From positions 7,042,914-7,106,913 of the forward strand of contig NC_134034.1 in assembly GCF_964204645.1 (NCBI RefSeq): a stretch of 64,000 nt of DNA, given 5' to 3'. This document shows, in pieces, positions 1 through 11,891 of the stretch. The notes beneath the pieces are model-generated. The model did not search any database. It worked only from the letters and a program-made list of their open reading frames with translations, and was not told the DNA's origin. The position numbers were made by a program, and so were the translations under genes. Origin of the DNA: Tubulanus polymorphus. Lineage: Eukaryota; Animalia; Nemertea. Within the stretch, counting starts at the first letter, position 1. Every line of letters starts with the position of its first letter.

Positions 1-974
1 CTATGTGTAATATCTTCTGTTGGATGTAAACAACTTATTATAGCCCATAGAAAACATTTTTTATCAAAATTTTGTATATTTATTACTGCTTTTGTTGTAA
101 ATGGTAGTTTAATATAACTTGTTCCATTTATACTATCGTCTTTATAATATGATAAATTATTTTCATCAATTGGTTTTGATTTAGTTAACTTATTATATTT
201 TGTGTTATAAACATGTAAAGTTATAAATATTATCTCATCAAATATTAAACCAGATCCTTCAAAATATTTCTCTTCTATTTTAGTTTTTAATTCATTATAA
301 CATTTATCTAATTTATCATCTATATGTTGTTTAGATATAATATGTTGTGAATGAGAATTTATATTATATATTGGTTTATCTTCAGATTTTATAAACTTTA
401 CTTTAACTGATATACTAATTTTTGGATATTCTACGTTTGTAATTATTTTTATTATTTCTTTCATATTTTCTAAATGTTTTTTATTTTCTTCTAACGTTTT
501 TCCTTTATGAAATTTAAACTCGATAGCTGCTGGACCAATATCACTTTTAAATGCTTCGGTTATCTCTATATCTTTATTATTATCTAATGAATTAATATAA
601 TTTCTTACATCTTCCATGTATGGTCTTTTATTGTTTAATTTATTTTTTATGCTTTTAATTGCGCTTTGTTTCTTATCGTTATCATTATCAAAATAATCTT
701 CACCTATAATATCATTATTCTTATTTCTAATATGACTTATAGATTTTAAATGTTCTTTATAATATCTTTTATCACTGAATGATTGATTACATGTATCACA
801 TTTATATGTTTCTTTTTCATTCTTTAATTCATCTAATTTAGTTTCTAATATATCATCTTCATATTCTAGTTTCAATTCATTCTCTAAATGTGTTTTAGTT
901 TTATTGTGTCTTGCTTTTTGGGATTTATCTATATCGATATTACATGTTGGACAGTAGTACTTATTTGCTTCCAT
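1..974 (-). CDS. Polinton/Maverick protein-primed DNA polymerase B, N-terminal part (two C2H2-type zinc fingers), runs off the left window edge
   Basis: ATG at 974, 324 codons without a stop by manual translation: MEANKYYCPTC..HNKTKTH, YKCDTC..HLKSISH, EGSGLIF, GTSYIKLP, KAVINIQNFDKKCFLWAIISCLHP, typical of the Polinton pPolB N-terminal region. Absent from the ORF track, presumably because there is no stop in the window. Confidence 0.8.
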   Translation of the reverse strand, partial: MEANKYYCPTCNIDIDKSQKARHNKTKTHLENELKLEYEDDILETKLDELKNEKETYKCDTCNQSFSDKRYYKEHLKSISHIRNKNNDIIGEDYFDNDNDKKQSAIKSIKNKLNNKRPYMEDVRNYINSLDNNKDIEITEAFKSDIGPAAIEFKFHKGKTLEENKKHLENMKEIIKIITNVEYPKISISVKVKFIKSEDKPIYNINSHSQHIISKQHIDDKLDKCYNELKTKIEEKYFEGSGLIFDEIIFITLHVYNTKYNKLTKSKPIDENNLSYYKDDSINGTSYIKLPFTTKAVINIQNFDKKCFLWAIISCLHPTEDITH

Positions 975-1129
975 TTTAATACTAAATTTTTTATTAAAAT
1001 TGAACATAACACTTACCTCTCAACGCGTCCCGCCACGTGTGAGTCCTACCACGTGTGAGTCCCGCCTATTTATACTACTCAACAGTGGGGGAAACCCAGC
1101 TGCGTGTTGAGACTTGTAAATTATGAGGC

Positions 1130-1345
1130 TTGTGATTGGCTAGTGTAATAGGGAATACTCAACTGTGATTGGATAGAGTAATACTCAACTGTGATTGGAT
1201 AGATTAATAGTAAAATACTCAACTGTGATTGGCTGGAAATACTCAACTGTGATTGGATAGAGTAATAGGGAATATTCAACTGTGATTGGCTGGAAATACT
1301 CAACTGTGATTGGCTAGGGTAATACTCAACTGTGATTGGCTAATG
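1130..1345. repeat. Minisatellite: 7 copies of AATACTCAACTGTGATTGG plus a partial copy, with 5-14 nt related spacers; each contains a CCAAT box on the minus strand
   Basis: Cores at ~1154, 1180, 1214, 1238, 1271, 1295, 1321. Confidence 0.9.
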
Positions 1346-1438
1346 TAGTTTTCTAGATGGGTTGTTCTAGAATCAACATGTAATACGCAATACTCAACGT
1401 GTTGAGGCTTGTAAATTATGAGACTTGTGATTAGATAG

Positions 1439-1644
1439 AGTAATAGGGGTTTAGTTGTTCTATATCAAAGGTTGAGAGGTTGAGGTTGATAAATTTTCCA
1501 AATGTTAAAATAACAATAATTTCTACTTGAATTAGGAGTGTACGCGACTAATTCAAGTAGAAATTATTGTTATTTTAACATTTGGAAAATTTATCGACCT
1601 CGACCTCTCGACCTTTGGTATAGAACAACTAAACCCCTATTACT
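1439..1644. repeat. 206-bp near-perfect palindrome (97-bp arms)
   Basis: 1439-1535 is the reverse complement of 1548-1644 with 4 mismatches; centre at 1541/1542. Confidence 0.95.
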
Positions 1645-1645
1645 A

Positions 1646-2255
1646 CCCTGCGTGGGAAAATCGGAATTCTGAGAATGCCGGTTCTTTCTACAAAAGGGGA
1701 CCGCTATCGAGAGAGAGGGGAGAATCTGTACCTTAGTAAGACGAGTGTCGACAGCAGGATAGGAGAAGCTTCGGAACGATAGGGATTCATATACAATAGG
1801 GATTAGGAAAATCATTCTTTGTTTAAGGTAAATAGAATATATTATCTTCAATATTATCATCCGGTATTTCAATTTATTCATTCGGATTTGTGCACGGACA
1901 CGTTCTCTCGCCAGGGCCTTACTCAAGTATTTTATAGATAACGATTAAAGAGAGGATTGTGACCGGTGTATCAATATATAGGCTTTAATACTTCGAATTC
2001 GGCTAGTAACAAGACTATTGAGTAACGGATTTACTTGAAACTTACGTGAGATGTACGGAACACAGGTACCTTGAGGTAAGTCGAAGGGATCTTTGATTGG
2101 GGACACCATTCACCCACCACGAGGCGTTTTACTTTTGAAAATTCTGACATCGAAAAGTTACTGTGTGAGAAAAATATTTGTGTTTGACTTTTCAGCTTCG
2201 GGCGAGCACGAAAGTTGTCCATAACAGCCCGGAGGTTATAAAAGTCAATGGCACG
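1646..2255 (+). ncRNA. Putative highly structured RNA or ssDNA element, unknown class
   Basis: Multiple helices with G-U pairs on the + strand: 1652-1664/1678-1691, 1859-1864/1882-1887, 1902-1909/1950-1957, 1919-1926/2018-2025, 2028-2036/2074-2082, 2180-2203/2227-2254. Confidence 0.4.
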
Positions 2256-2319
2256 CCCGATCTGCGATTAACCGTTTGGGCTCTAGGGTCTCTTAAATGG
2301 CCCCCCAAATTGTTTTAAT

Positions 2320-3270
2320 GAGATTTTTGCTCCTTAACCGAGATAGAATCGAGGTTGCAATGAGTGATCAGTAGCCCTTGACAAGACGCTTGTATTGATG
2401 TATGGTTTAACAATGTTACTCATTTGGTTCTCCAGTAGCGCCACCTATAAAATGCTGGATAACGCATTTTCATATATATCGACTAAGCGTGTGAATGGAT
2501 TTCTATAAAAATTGATACACATGTACCTGGTTACTAAATACAAAGAACCCCTCACATAATTAGTTCCTATTTTAACCACTAGGGGGCATACATTTTTAAA
2601 ACTCATTTCAGCATCCATTTTTCGCATGTAATGCGGTCTGATTATTATGCAAATCACAAAACTTGGTATAAGTACATAGAAATGTGTGTAATATGCCAAC
2701 CTGCATGATTAGTTCATACAAATACCACCAGGGGACTGTGAAAACAACGATTTCTGCTCCTAGGTTCTTAACCGTTGCCAATAGAATCGTTGTTTGAATG
2801 TGTGGTTAGTAGCCCTTTACAAGACACTTGTATTGATGTATGGTTTAAGTAGGTAACTCATATGGTTCTCTACGAGCAAGTTGCTGGAAATGCATTTTAA
2901 TTGATATCTACTAAGCGGATAAAGGGATTTCTATGAAAAGTGATATACATGTACCTGGATATAAGATACAACGAATTCCTAACATAATTAGTTCCTATTC
3001 TAACCACTAGGGGGTGTTAATGGTGAAAACTCCTTCTAGCATCAGTTTTTTTCCATTGTAATTCTATAGTACGCTAACCGGCAACTTGGGCACGGTAAAA
3101 GTACCGTATCTTTGTTATTATCGGTGTCATTTCCCCTAACCTTGGTACATTAGAACTTTTCGCGTAGTAGCCCATGTGGATCATTATACCATGTTATCAG
3201 CTGACCCCTAGATGACGCTCCTTATCCAGCAAGGCAGAAACCCGTTATCGCTGCTTTGCAGTTTTATTTA
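2320..3270. repeat. Non-autonomous repeat with an internal ~440-bp diverged tandem duplication
   Basis: 2333-2600 matches 2768-3020 (AGTAGCCCTT..ACAAGAC..TTGTATTGATGTATGGTTTA..CATGTACCTGG..CATAATTAGTTCCTATT..AACCACTAGGGGG). Confidence 0.6.
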
Positions 3271-5057
3271 TTATTAGGGCTTTCTGTTTTCACAGAAAAC
3301 CCTATTGATCCGCGTGATTATTATTATTTTCTTCCACACTATTTTTACTAAAAGAACAAAGGCTTTGTTACCTTGACGCTGTTGTCGATACAATCCGTCT
3401 GATATCATTCAGCTCACTTCGATCTACAAATACCCCGTGCGTATTTTGAAGAATCATCGTTACAAAAGCACTGTCGGGCCGTAAACATCGAAAATTGAGC
3501 CCCATTCAAAGAGCCGACATATTTTTCTAAGTCGTCTTTCCGAAATCTACCGCACGTTTCTTGTAACATCGATTATCAATTCAAGCATAAATTAACAAAT
3601 TTATTACCCAAAGATTGCACATTCTGTCGCGGTTTTTTTTAAACTAATTTTAACAATTGCCCATTTTCCTCATTAAATCATATTACCGATAGACAGGAAA
3701 TTTACTATTTTAGATTTTAAAAGCACTGTCGAGCCGTAAACATCGACGAATCGACGTGTGTTACTACATCGTCGTTCCGGGGATCAGCTGCGAGTTTCTC
3801 CTCATCATGAGAATCAAATCGAGTACAAATTAATTTATTACTACCAGTGATTTGGCAGCGGGCGTCAAGCAGTTAGTTTAGCAATACCTATTTTGTTTAT
3901 CAAATTAACCGTGTATTTACTAAGATAAATCATAAGTGTACCGGGTAGTCGTAGGCCTAAACGAAACACGCCGAAGAGATATAGCGGAGAAAAGCTGTTA
4001 TGTCGACGAGGTATCAAAATAAAAGAATATATTACTTTATTCGGCCGCGGGCTTCAACCTCTATATCAATACCATCAATACTCTATATTTCCTACAGAGC
4101 TAAGAATTTTCCAGCCAAAGAACAGAGAATTTCGTAGATTTTTAACGAAGTTGACTACGTCATTGACAGAGGTTCGCCATGTCTTCGATCGCATCGACTG
4201 TATGTCGTTTAGGAAACCTCGTTCAATCGTCCAGAGTTGAGAACGAATACTGTCAGAGTTGGTATTGAACGCATTCGAAAATTCATCCTCCAGCATATTA
4301 GCGCGCACACGCACGGCGCACGCATTGAACCTTTGACACAAACAACTCGGCAGATCCACACAAAAACCTTTTTTATTTTGATAATCTTAAAAATTCAGTC
4401 ATAAATACATTAAAACCAGAAATTGACCCAAATACATTTTAGTTGATTGCAAATACTCCTTGGCAAACAATAATTACAGTACACTTAAAATCATACTGGG
4501 AAAAATATTTAAATTCCTTCCGTAACAATACCAAGATTCACTGTATGTAAAATCACCAAAGAAAGAAGTACATGTACTAAGTTCATAAAGGCCATAATAA
4601 AGGCAGAACCATGTTAGTGAGATAATATTCAAACCTCATTTATAAAGATGAACACTCAAAAGGGGTCAAAAAAGATAAGAACAGCTGACACATACAAGAA
4701 CATGCATAGTATAATTCCTGATAGTGAATAATGTACATATATTTTATTCTTTTATCTTGTAAGATATACATAATACATTTTTCGTTGTTTATATCTATTT
4801 CAGTAGACTTATAGGTCAAGAATTTCGTATAAATGACAAATCCAATCGATACATTAACTCAGGTTTCAAATCTATTTACTACTTGTACATGTACTTAGGA
4901 ATTAATGATAGGATCAGCCAATGGTCAATTTCAATGCTTCAAAAATGCTACTTATGGTCAAGTTAGTCATATTCTACTTAGATAAAAATGTGTTGTTTTT
5001 TTTAATAATGTTGCCTATGATAATATTAACAATTTTAACTCCTAAATTTTACTATTG

Positions 5058-5203
5058 TTACTTTGTGCTCTGTTCTAAGTACGCGATCAAGTCAGCCCTT
5101 TCATTTTTCTTCTTCAGTCCAGCGAAGATCATTTTGGTACCAGGGATGTATTTCTTGGGGTTTTCAAGATAAACCCAAAGTGTATCTCGACTCCAGGTGA
5201 TTC
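5058..5203 (-). CDS. CYCS: Cytochrome c, last coding exon
   Basis: Acceptor ttttctattgcaag|GA; encodes (G)[47 protein letters not shown], including the [11 protein letters not shown] motif with the axial Met; phase matches the upstream exon. Confidence 0.96.
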
Positions 5204-5706
5204 CTTGCAATAGAAAATCAAGGACAATCAATTTTTATAACAAGCTTAAACACAACAAAAGAGTTCAAGAAGTTCTCAAAATATTTCGATATACACATGT
5301 ATGAGATAATCAAGCTGTGCCTAATACACGTATGCTTAAATACGTGAAAATTAGACTATTTATATCAAAATAGTCTTATTTTCGTGTATTCTAAGCATGA
5401 GCATTTCCTATTTTTATCAAAATATTCTGGGATACATCCAATTTATGTGGATTCCCAATGGGACTAATATGTGGGTCATCCTACGGTTGTCATAATACCA
5501 AACACTGAGTATTGGCAAAGGCAACTCTCTTAAGAACATAGGGACCGTTCATGAAGTACATATGCAACCTATAGGTGGGACCTCAACAGCAAAAGCGAAC
5601 AATCTGCGCACAAATATAGCGTAGTTGGCTCCAGATATGATTCAATGTTATATAATATTATTCAAGAACTGTTATGAATTTAGTGTGTATCTATAAGCAT
5701 TTCATG

Positions 5707-6183
5707 TGTCACCGGCTGGTTGTGGGGCTGGTTGTTGTATCGGCAGAGGCTGGGGAACTAGCATTTACACCAGCGGTACAGGATTCCATCCATCAGGGAC
5801 GACAAGGCAGTAAAAACTTATATGTACAATCTTTATTGCATCCCGGAATGAGAATGATTATCATAACTTTACGTAGTGTTTACATACAAAATCATGAGTA
5901 TGATTGTGATAACTAAGTGTCAGACAAGTTGTAGACATCAGGACTCACAAACTAACATGTAGTGACATATTTGAGAGACATTAACTAATTATTGATGAGC
6001 ACTGACTAGAGCTAATTACTATGAAAACATGTTGAGTAATGTCACATGTTGATAAAGACTTTGAAGCACATTGATACTATAGTCCTAAGTTATAGTACAC
6101 TATTGATGTCGTTATCATTACTAAGCATTTCATGAAGTAAGAGATATGAAATTTTATGATATGTGACTTATATCGGTGTGACA
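5707..6183 (-). mobile_element. Solo LTR (TG..CA, 4-bp TSD CATG)
   Basis: TGTCAC..GTGACA flanked by CATG on both sides; AATAAA on the minus strand; homologous to 11524-11891. Confidence 0.85.
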
Positions 6184-6398
6184 CATGTTTTATCTTCTTT
6201 GTTCATTCTTGTCACTATAACTGTAGGAAATTTTGAAATTTCAAGGGGTTTTTGGAGCCTGAGTAATAGGGAATAAGTTGTTTCATACCAAAGGTCGAAG
6301 GGTCGAGCTCATAAAAAATTAAAAATAAATTAAAATATTCATATATATGAATATGAATAACTTTAAAATCAATTAAGTAACAAATATTTGATATTAAA

Positions 6399-7050
6399 AT
6401 GGAGCCAGAACAATCACAAACTATCAATATTACAAATAACACTGGTGTTATAAATATATACTATAAGAAAGTGTTCTAAATGTGAATTAGATAAATTACC
6501 TATAACAGAATTTAGTAAGCGTAAGATTAGCAAAGATGGTTTTCAATATTGCTACAAAACTTGTATTAAACTATATACTAAGGAATATCGGGCAGATAAT
6601 AGAGAACATTATAATGATTATATGACAGAATATATGAAAGATATAAAACAGATCTTAATTTTAAAATGAAACAATGTTTACGGTCTAGATTAACACAATT
6701 ATTCAACAAAGAAACGCATTCAGCAACAATATCTTATTTATTGGGTTGTTCAGATGAATTCTTAAAATCATGGATTGTATATCAGTTCAATGATGAAATG
6801 AATATGAACAATAATGGTGAATATTTCACCATTGATCATGTGTTGCCGATTTCTTAACTTAACCTGAGTGATGAACACAATCAGAAGCTAATCTGGAGCT
6901 GGAAAAACTTAAGACCTTTAGAAAAGAAGGAAAATATAATTAAATCTAATAAACTAGATTTACAGTTATATTTAGATCAACTGGTTAAAGCAAAGACATT
7001 TGTTGTATTATGGAACAGTAGCTCGCAGAATCAACCGCATCCTGAGGTTT
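6399..7050 (+). pseudogene. Zinc-finger plus HNH-type endonuclease of the giant-virus (NCLDV) type, with frameshifts and a stop
   Basis: RKCSKC..FSKRKISKDG..C, then LRSRL..LLGCSDEFLKSWIVYQFNDEM..NGEYFTIDHVLPIS*..WKNLRPLEKKENIIKSNK; upstream 6262-6310 matches the palindrome arm at 1439-1490. Confidence 0.7.
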
Positions 7051-8444
7051 TAATCAGTGGTTAGAAAACCGGCAACTCTATTTGAGCTCTGTATGTATAT
7101 AGCTGATTACAAAAACTCGCATGATTGTTTTCAATTGTAAGGAATTAATTAACTTCATCATAAAGAACGCGTTACCATCCAGGCAAACGTACAGCTTCGA
7201 ATAATAAGCTTGGTCGAACGTGCGCCGCATTGGCAGTTAGAAATCAACATTCACATATACAGGACGTATTGGATATTATCTCTCGAAACACAGTTTACAG
7301 TTCTAAATCTAAATGTAAGTACCGTTTTTTGTGGTTATTATGAAGTAGGGAAACCTTTAAACATATTTAAGTACAGTAATTCATTTTCACAACAACGCTG
7401 TGAGTATAAGACATCCGAAAGGGGTTATTTGTATTAATATACATTTAACAACAGCTCTGTGACTTTGAAATACTCCGAGCTGTAATAAAGTGAAATACAA
7501 GCCATTACCCAAACTCACAAGCTATGTTTTGACTAGTGTTAAATTTTAACATAACCCTGGTTCAACTTCAAGTTACTTATTTTCTACGCTAGTTCTCTTT
7601 TAGATAACAAAATCAAGACCATTGAATCAAGAAGGTGAAGATGGATGGATTCATCACAAGAGACTGAAGCTGTTTCATTATGCTGTATTATATATGCCGG
7701 AATTGCAGTTGCGCGTACATTCGTCGTTCGGCAGTTATTAATGGTGACGGCTGTTCTGTATCGATTGGTTACAGTTCTATGTTTGAATGTTGTAGTTTAC
7801 AGAATAAATTATATAATTGACGCATGGGCATCAAGCAAAAGCGGTCTTCTAGGACCGCTTTTCTATTGTTCTCCATTGTTCTATCTTCGATCGCTACAAT
7901 TTGCATAATAAATATGTGTTTATGAAATAGTAATTCCACCCGGTGTTTCGTTGAATTGATTTTCAGTTGAGGATTTATCATCAAGGATCCGAAATGACTT
8001 ATCTGGACGGTTATAGTTACCGCTCCTATAGATAGACAATAAGTAGTGGGATATTGAATACTAACTTAAATAAAAGTATTAAATAAAGGTCCAATGGCCC
8101 TGTGGCTCACCACTAAATCATTGAGTGCAAATATTGTCAAAAATATTATACTAAATATGAATTAATTTGGATTAGAAAAGTATAGTAATTTATGCGCCTG
8201 CAGATGTCAGAGTGCTGTGTATACTATAATTGCCTATATATAGACTCGCTCAGGTGATTACTAACACACCACAAACAGTAACCTATATCGGCACACACGC
8301 GGCTGACAGCTGACGCGCGTATATACAAATGTACTAGCGACGCAGTATTAGATTGACCGCAATTTCACAAGTCAATCCATCCATCGACAAAACGTAAAAA
8401 ATACAAACATCAGACTTTTTTTCTAGAAATCAAAACAAATACAA

Positions 8445-8965
8445 TAAGATGCGCGCCATTTTGTTTTCGGTTTCACATTAGGCTTTCCCAATGACATCAG
8501 AAACGGTGAAATTCCCGGAATGTCCCGTATATCCCACAAACAGCCAATCACATTCATTGTAGCTCGGGTTACAAGATCAACTCAAATAAATAGAAGCGAG
8601 GAAATTTAGGTCGAAAAGTACATTGAGATCAGTCGAACTAAAAACGGCAACACTTCCAGGAAGGATTGAACTTTTACATATTTCAATTGCAAGCATGCAA
8701 ATTGTCATATGTAAAAACGTGCCATTACTTAGTGCTAAAAAGCAGGGTTTTTGCGTGTTTTTCAAGAATAAGTCCCCTAAAAATAACTGGATCACTATGA
8801 AATTTTTGTGGGCTCGAGAACTCAATAAGCCAGACCATGACACCAAAAATCAACACTATTGGTTCAACAGCCTATGTTTGTGCCTTGTTGACACACCGGT
8901 ACTCTATTCATTTTCAACTGCTTCATCAGACCGTTTGCATAGGCAAACGTACGGTTCGCCAAAAA
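8445..8965. repeat. Dispersed repeat (second copy ~18840-19403)
   Basis: Colinear similarity, e.g. TATCCCACAAACAGCCAATCA..CCGTTTGCATAG.CAAAC.TACGGTTCGCCAAAA. Confidence 0.85.
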
Positions 8966-8975
8966 CAATATCTTC

Positions 8976-9750
8976 AAATAGAAAGTGAATTCTATTATAT
9001 TTTTAATATTTTCTTTTGCAATTCTAGTTAACACTAGATTGAATAGATTTTGAATAAATTCAAATAAAAAAACAATAACTTGAAATAGATAGTGAATTCT
9101 ATTATATTTTTAATATTTTCTTTTGCAATTCTAGTTAACACTAGATTGAATAGATTTTGAATAGATTCAAATAAAAAAAACAATAACTTCAAATAGATAG
9201 TATTACTTATCAAACACTAGTATCACATAAAGTATTCTTCTAGTATCATTTTATAATTTTTTTTTCGCTTTTTTGCTAAAATAAATGTCAAAGAAATCTG
9301 ATATTGAAAAGACAATTGAGGATTTGGGCCTTACTGGCAATAATGATACAGTTGTTTCTAATTGTATTCAAAATGATGATATTGATTATGAATACTATTT
9401 AACATGTAAGCACCATCTTGAGTTATTAATTGCTAGCGGCAAATGTAATGAGTTTATAACATATCAAGAATTAGATAACATGAAACCAGATAAAGTAATA
9501 AAACATTTCAAAATATACGAAGAAGCTAGATTAGCTAGAATAAATGACTCTTTAAGTGATGGTATTATAAAATGTTACTCTAAATAATGTAACCGGATAA
9601 TACCAATTGATGATGAAAATAACCATATACTGATTTATAAAATGACTACTTAGTTATGACAGAATTACAGAAATGGGTTGGATAAGCTTCATTCCAATTA
9701 GGAGGAATAATTACATTAATTTCTACTGGAGTTATAACATTTTCTAACAT
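8976..9750 (+). pseudogene. Polinton fragment: duplicated ~115-bp intergenic unit plus decayed conserved hypothetical gene (ATG 9285)
   Basis: MKPDKVIKHFKIYEEARLARIND is homologous to 50930-51295 (MKPDQIIKLFKIYETARIARIND); truncated at TTAA-CCCTTT (~9750). Confidence 0.75.
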
Positions 9751-10429
9751 TAACCCTTTCAATACCACATAGTGTCTCCGCTGCTGTACCGGAGGGAATT
9801 TAGGGGTTTATAGGGGTATATTTGAAACTTTATAGAATAGTTACCAAGGTATCTGACACAGAAAATTTATATAGCATGTTGTTGATAACTTTTGGGGCAA
9901 CAATGTAGACATAAATATAAGTGAACTTGAGGTCAAGGTCACATACTCCAAGATGGCCGCCATGAAAAAAATTCATGATAAAGTTTCAGATAAAGTGCTC
10001 TGTCTCCCAGCAAAATGCACTGATCAATTCAATTCCAACTGAAATTGTATGCCATATATCCTTACTTTATGTAGTAAAAATATCAAAGCAATAGAACGAC
10101 TCAAAAGTTTATTTTTCCATTCATTAACCATGATATGTCGGAAGGCCAGATGTAAGGGGTTTCATTGGGGTATAATTTCAGGCCTCAGAAACCTTACCTA
10201 TATGTATTTGACACTGATACATTGTATACCATGGTGTTGATAACCATTGGGCTTACAAATAAGACAAATTATTTGGATATAAGTGACCTTGAGGATGCAC
10301 AGTTTCTGGTTATTCATTTTTGTTATTGGTGTCCGTTGCCATGACAACCATATCAACAGGGTATAAAAAATTAATTACTATTTAACAATTTACTAAATTT
10401 TATTTCATATTCAATCAATAAGCCACAAA

Positions 10430-11237
10430 AATGATTGATAACATTTTCATTTCTATAATTATAATATTCACTTTTGATTAGTTCTGGGTAATCAGATTTA
10501 TATATAATCCAAAAGCTGCAACACTTTGATGAATATTTTTAATAGTATTTGTTATTAGAGGATCTGAATAATCAATTACATCATTTTCATTAGAATTTAA
10601 TTTCTTTCTTTAATAATATATTTATTTTCTATCGAGATCAGTTAATTCTTTATTCAGTGATTCAAAATCTCCAAATATCACAAATAGTACTTTATTCTTG
10701 TAATCATATTTTTTGAATCCTAATATTTTATCCTTTTCATTTGGTGAAACTATTTTACAATATTCATGATTTTCACATAATTGTTTATGATTTAATAATG
10801 CACTTTCGGTTCTGAATTTAGTTATACATTTTCTACATAGATATATTTTATTATCAAAATCATTTTCTAATTAAAAAGATAAATCGATTCTTTTAATCCA
10901 CATATAATGATTCTGATAATATAATATATCTATAACATCATTTGAATCATAATCTTTTGATAAATACAAAGGTTCTAATGTATAATGTTTAATATTATTA
11001 CCTTTTGTTCTTGGTAATTTGACTAAATCAAACACATTTATCTTTATATTATTATTTCTTTCTATTTTTGGGATACTTTTAATTCTAACAGTATAATTAT
11101 CTATCTTATAATTATTTTCAAATGGTTTATAATTTGTTAATCAAAAACTATGAGTAATATCTTCTGTTGGATGTAAGCAACTTATAATTGTCCATAGAAA
11201 ACATTTATCATCAAAATTTTGTACATTTATTACAGCA
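10430..11237 (-). pseudogene. Polinton pPolB N-terminal fragment, decayed
   Basis: AVINVQNFDDKCFLWTIISCLHPTEDITH; IYLCRKC..HKQLCENHEYCKI; VLFVIFGDFESLNKEL; paralogous to 1-120 and 63500-63950. Confidence 0.8.
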
Positions 11238-11523
11238 TTAGTCTCTAAATTCGCACCCATCCAAGAGAGGCGGCGTACGAGCCAGGCGTTCATGACAACA
11301 CAACCACCCAAATTTTCCAGCGATTAAGCCAACTTGGCCAATAAGCTGAGGGCAGTTTTTTAGCCTAAAATACATGGATTTCATAAAGCTTCGCCCAATA
11401 AGCAGAGGCCCTTCATCAGGAGATTTTAATTCACTCAATTTGTCAATTAGTTAGTCTTAACAGACGATGAATGAGGCTGACAATATGGGCGCCCCTGCTG
11501 ATGTATGAGAGCGCTGTGTATAC

Positions 11524-11748
11524 TGTAACCGGCTGGTTGTTGTATAGGCAGGCTGGCTGGGGAACTAGCATTTACACCAGTGGTACAGGATTCCATCCAT
11601 CAGGAACAACAAGGCAGTTAAACCTTATATGTACAATCTTTATTGCATCCCGGAATGAGAATGATTATCATAGCTTTACATTGAGTAATGTCACATGTTG
11701 ATTACGACCTTAAAGCACATATTGACACTATAGTCATAAGTTATATTA

Positions 11749-11790
<42 letters not shown>

Positions 11791-11891
11791 CATCATTAAT
11801 ATGTAGTAGAGCTATGAAATATTATGAACTGTTCGATATGACATTGTAGATCTATATGATTATGAAATATGCAAATTATATCAGGGTGACA
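11524..11891 (-). mobile_element. Solo LTR (TG..CA, 4-bp TSD ATAC), same family as 5707-6183; contains (TTA)n at ~11751-11790
   Basis: TGTAACC..GGTGACA flanked by ATAC; inserted in a repeat whose uninterrupted copy lies at ~8195-8440. Confidence 0.85.

Noticed and set aside
1130-1345. CRISPR-like repeat/spacer pattern, and ORF 1121-1303
   Set aside because: Spacers are only 5-14 nt and related to each other, there are no cas genes, and the context is eukaryotic; the ORF is translated minisatellite.
9750-10430. piggyBac element starting TTAA-CCCTTT
   Set aside because: No matching right TIR plus TTAA was found.
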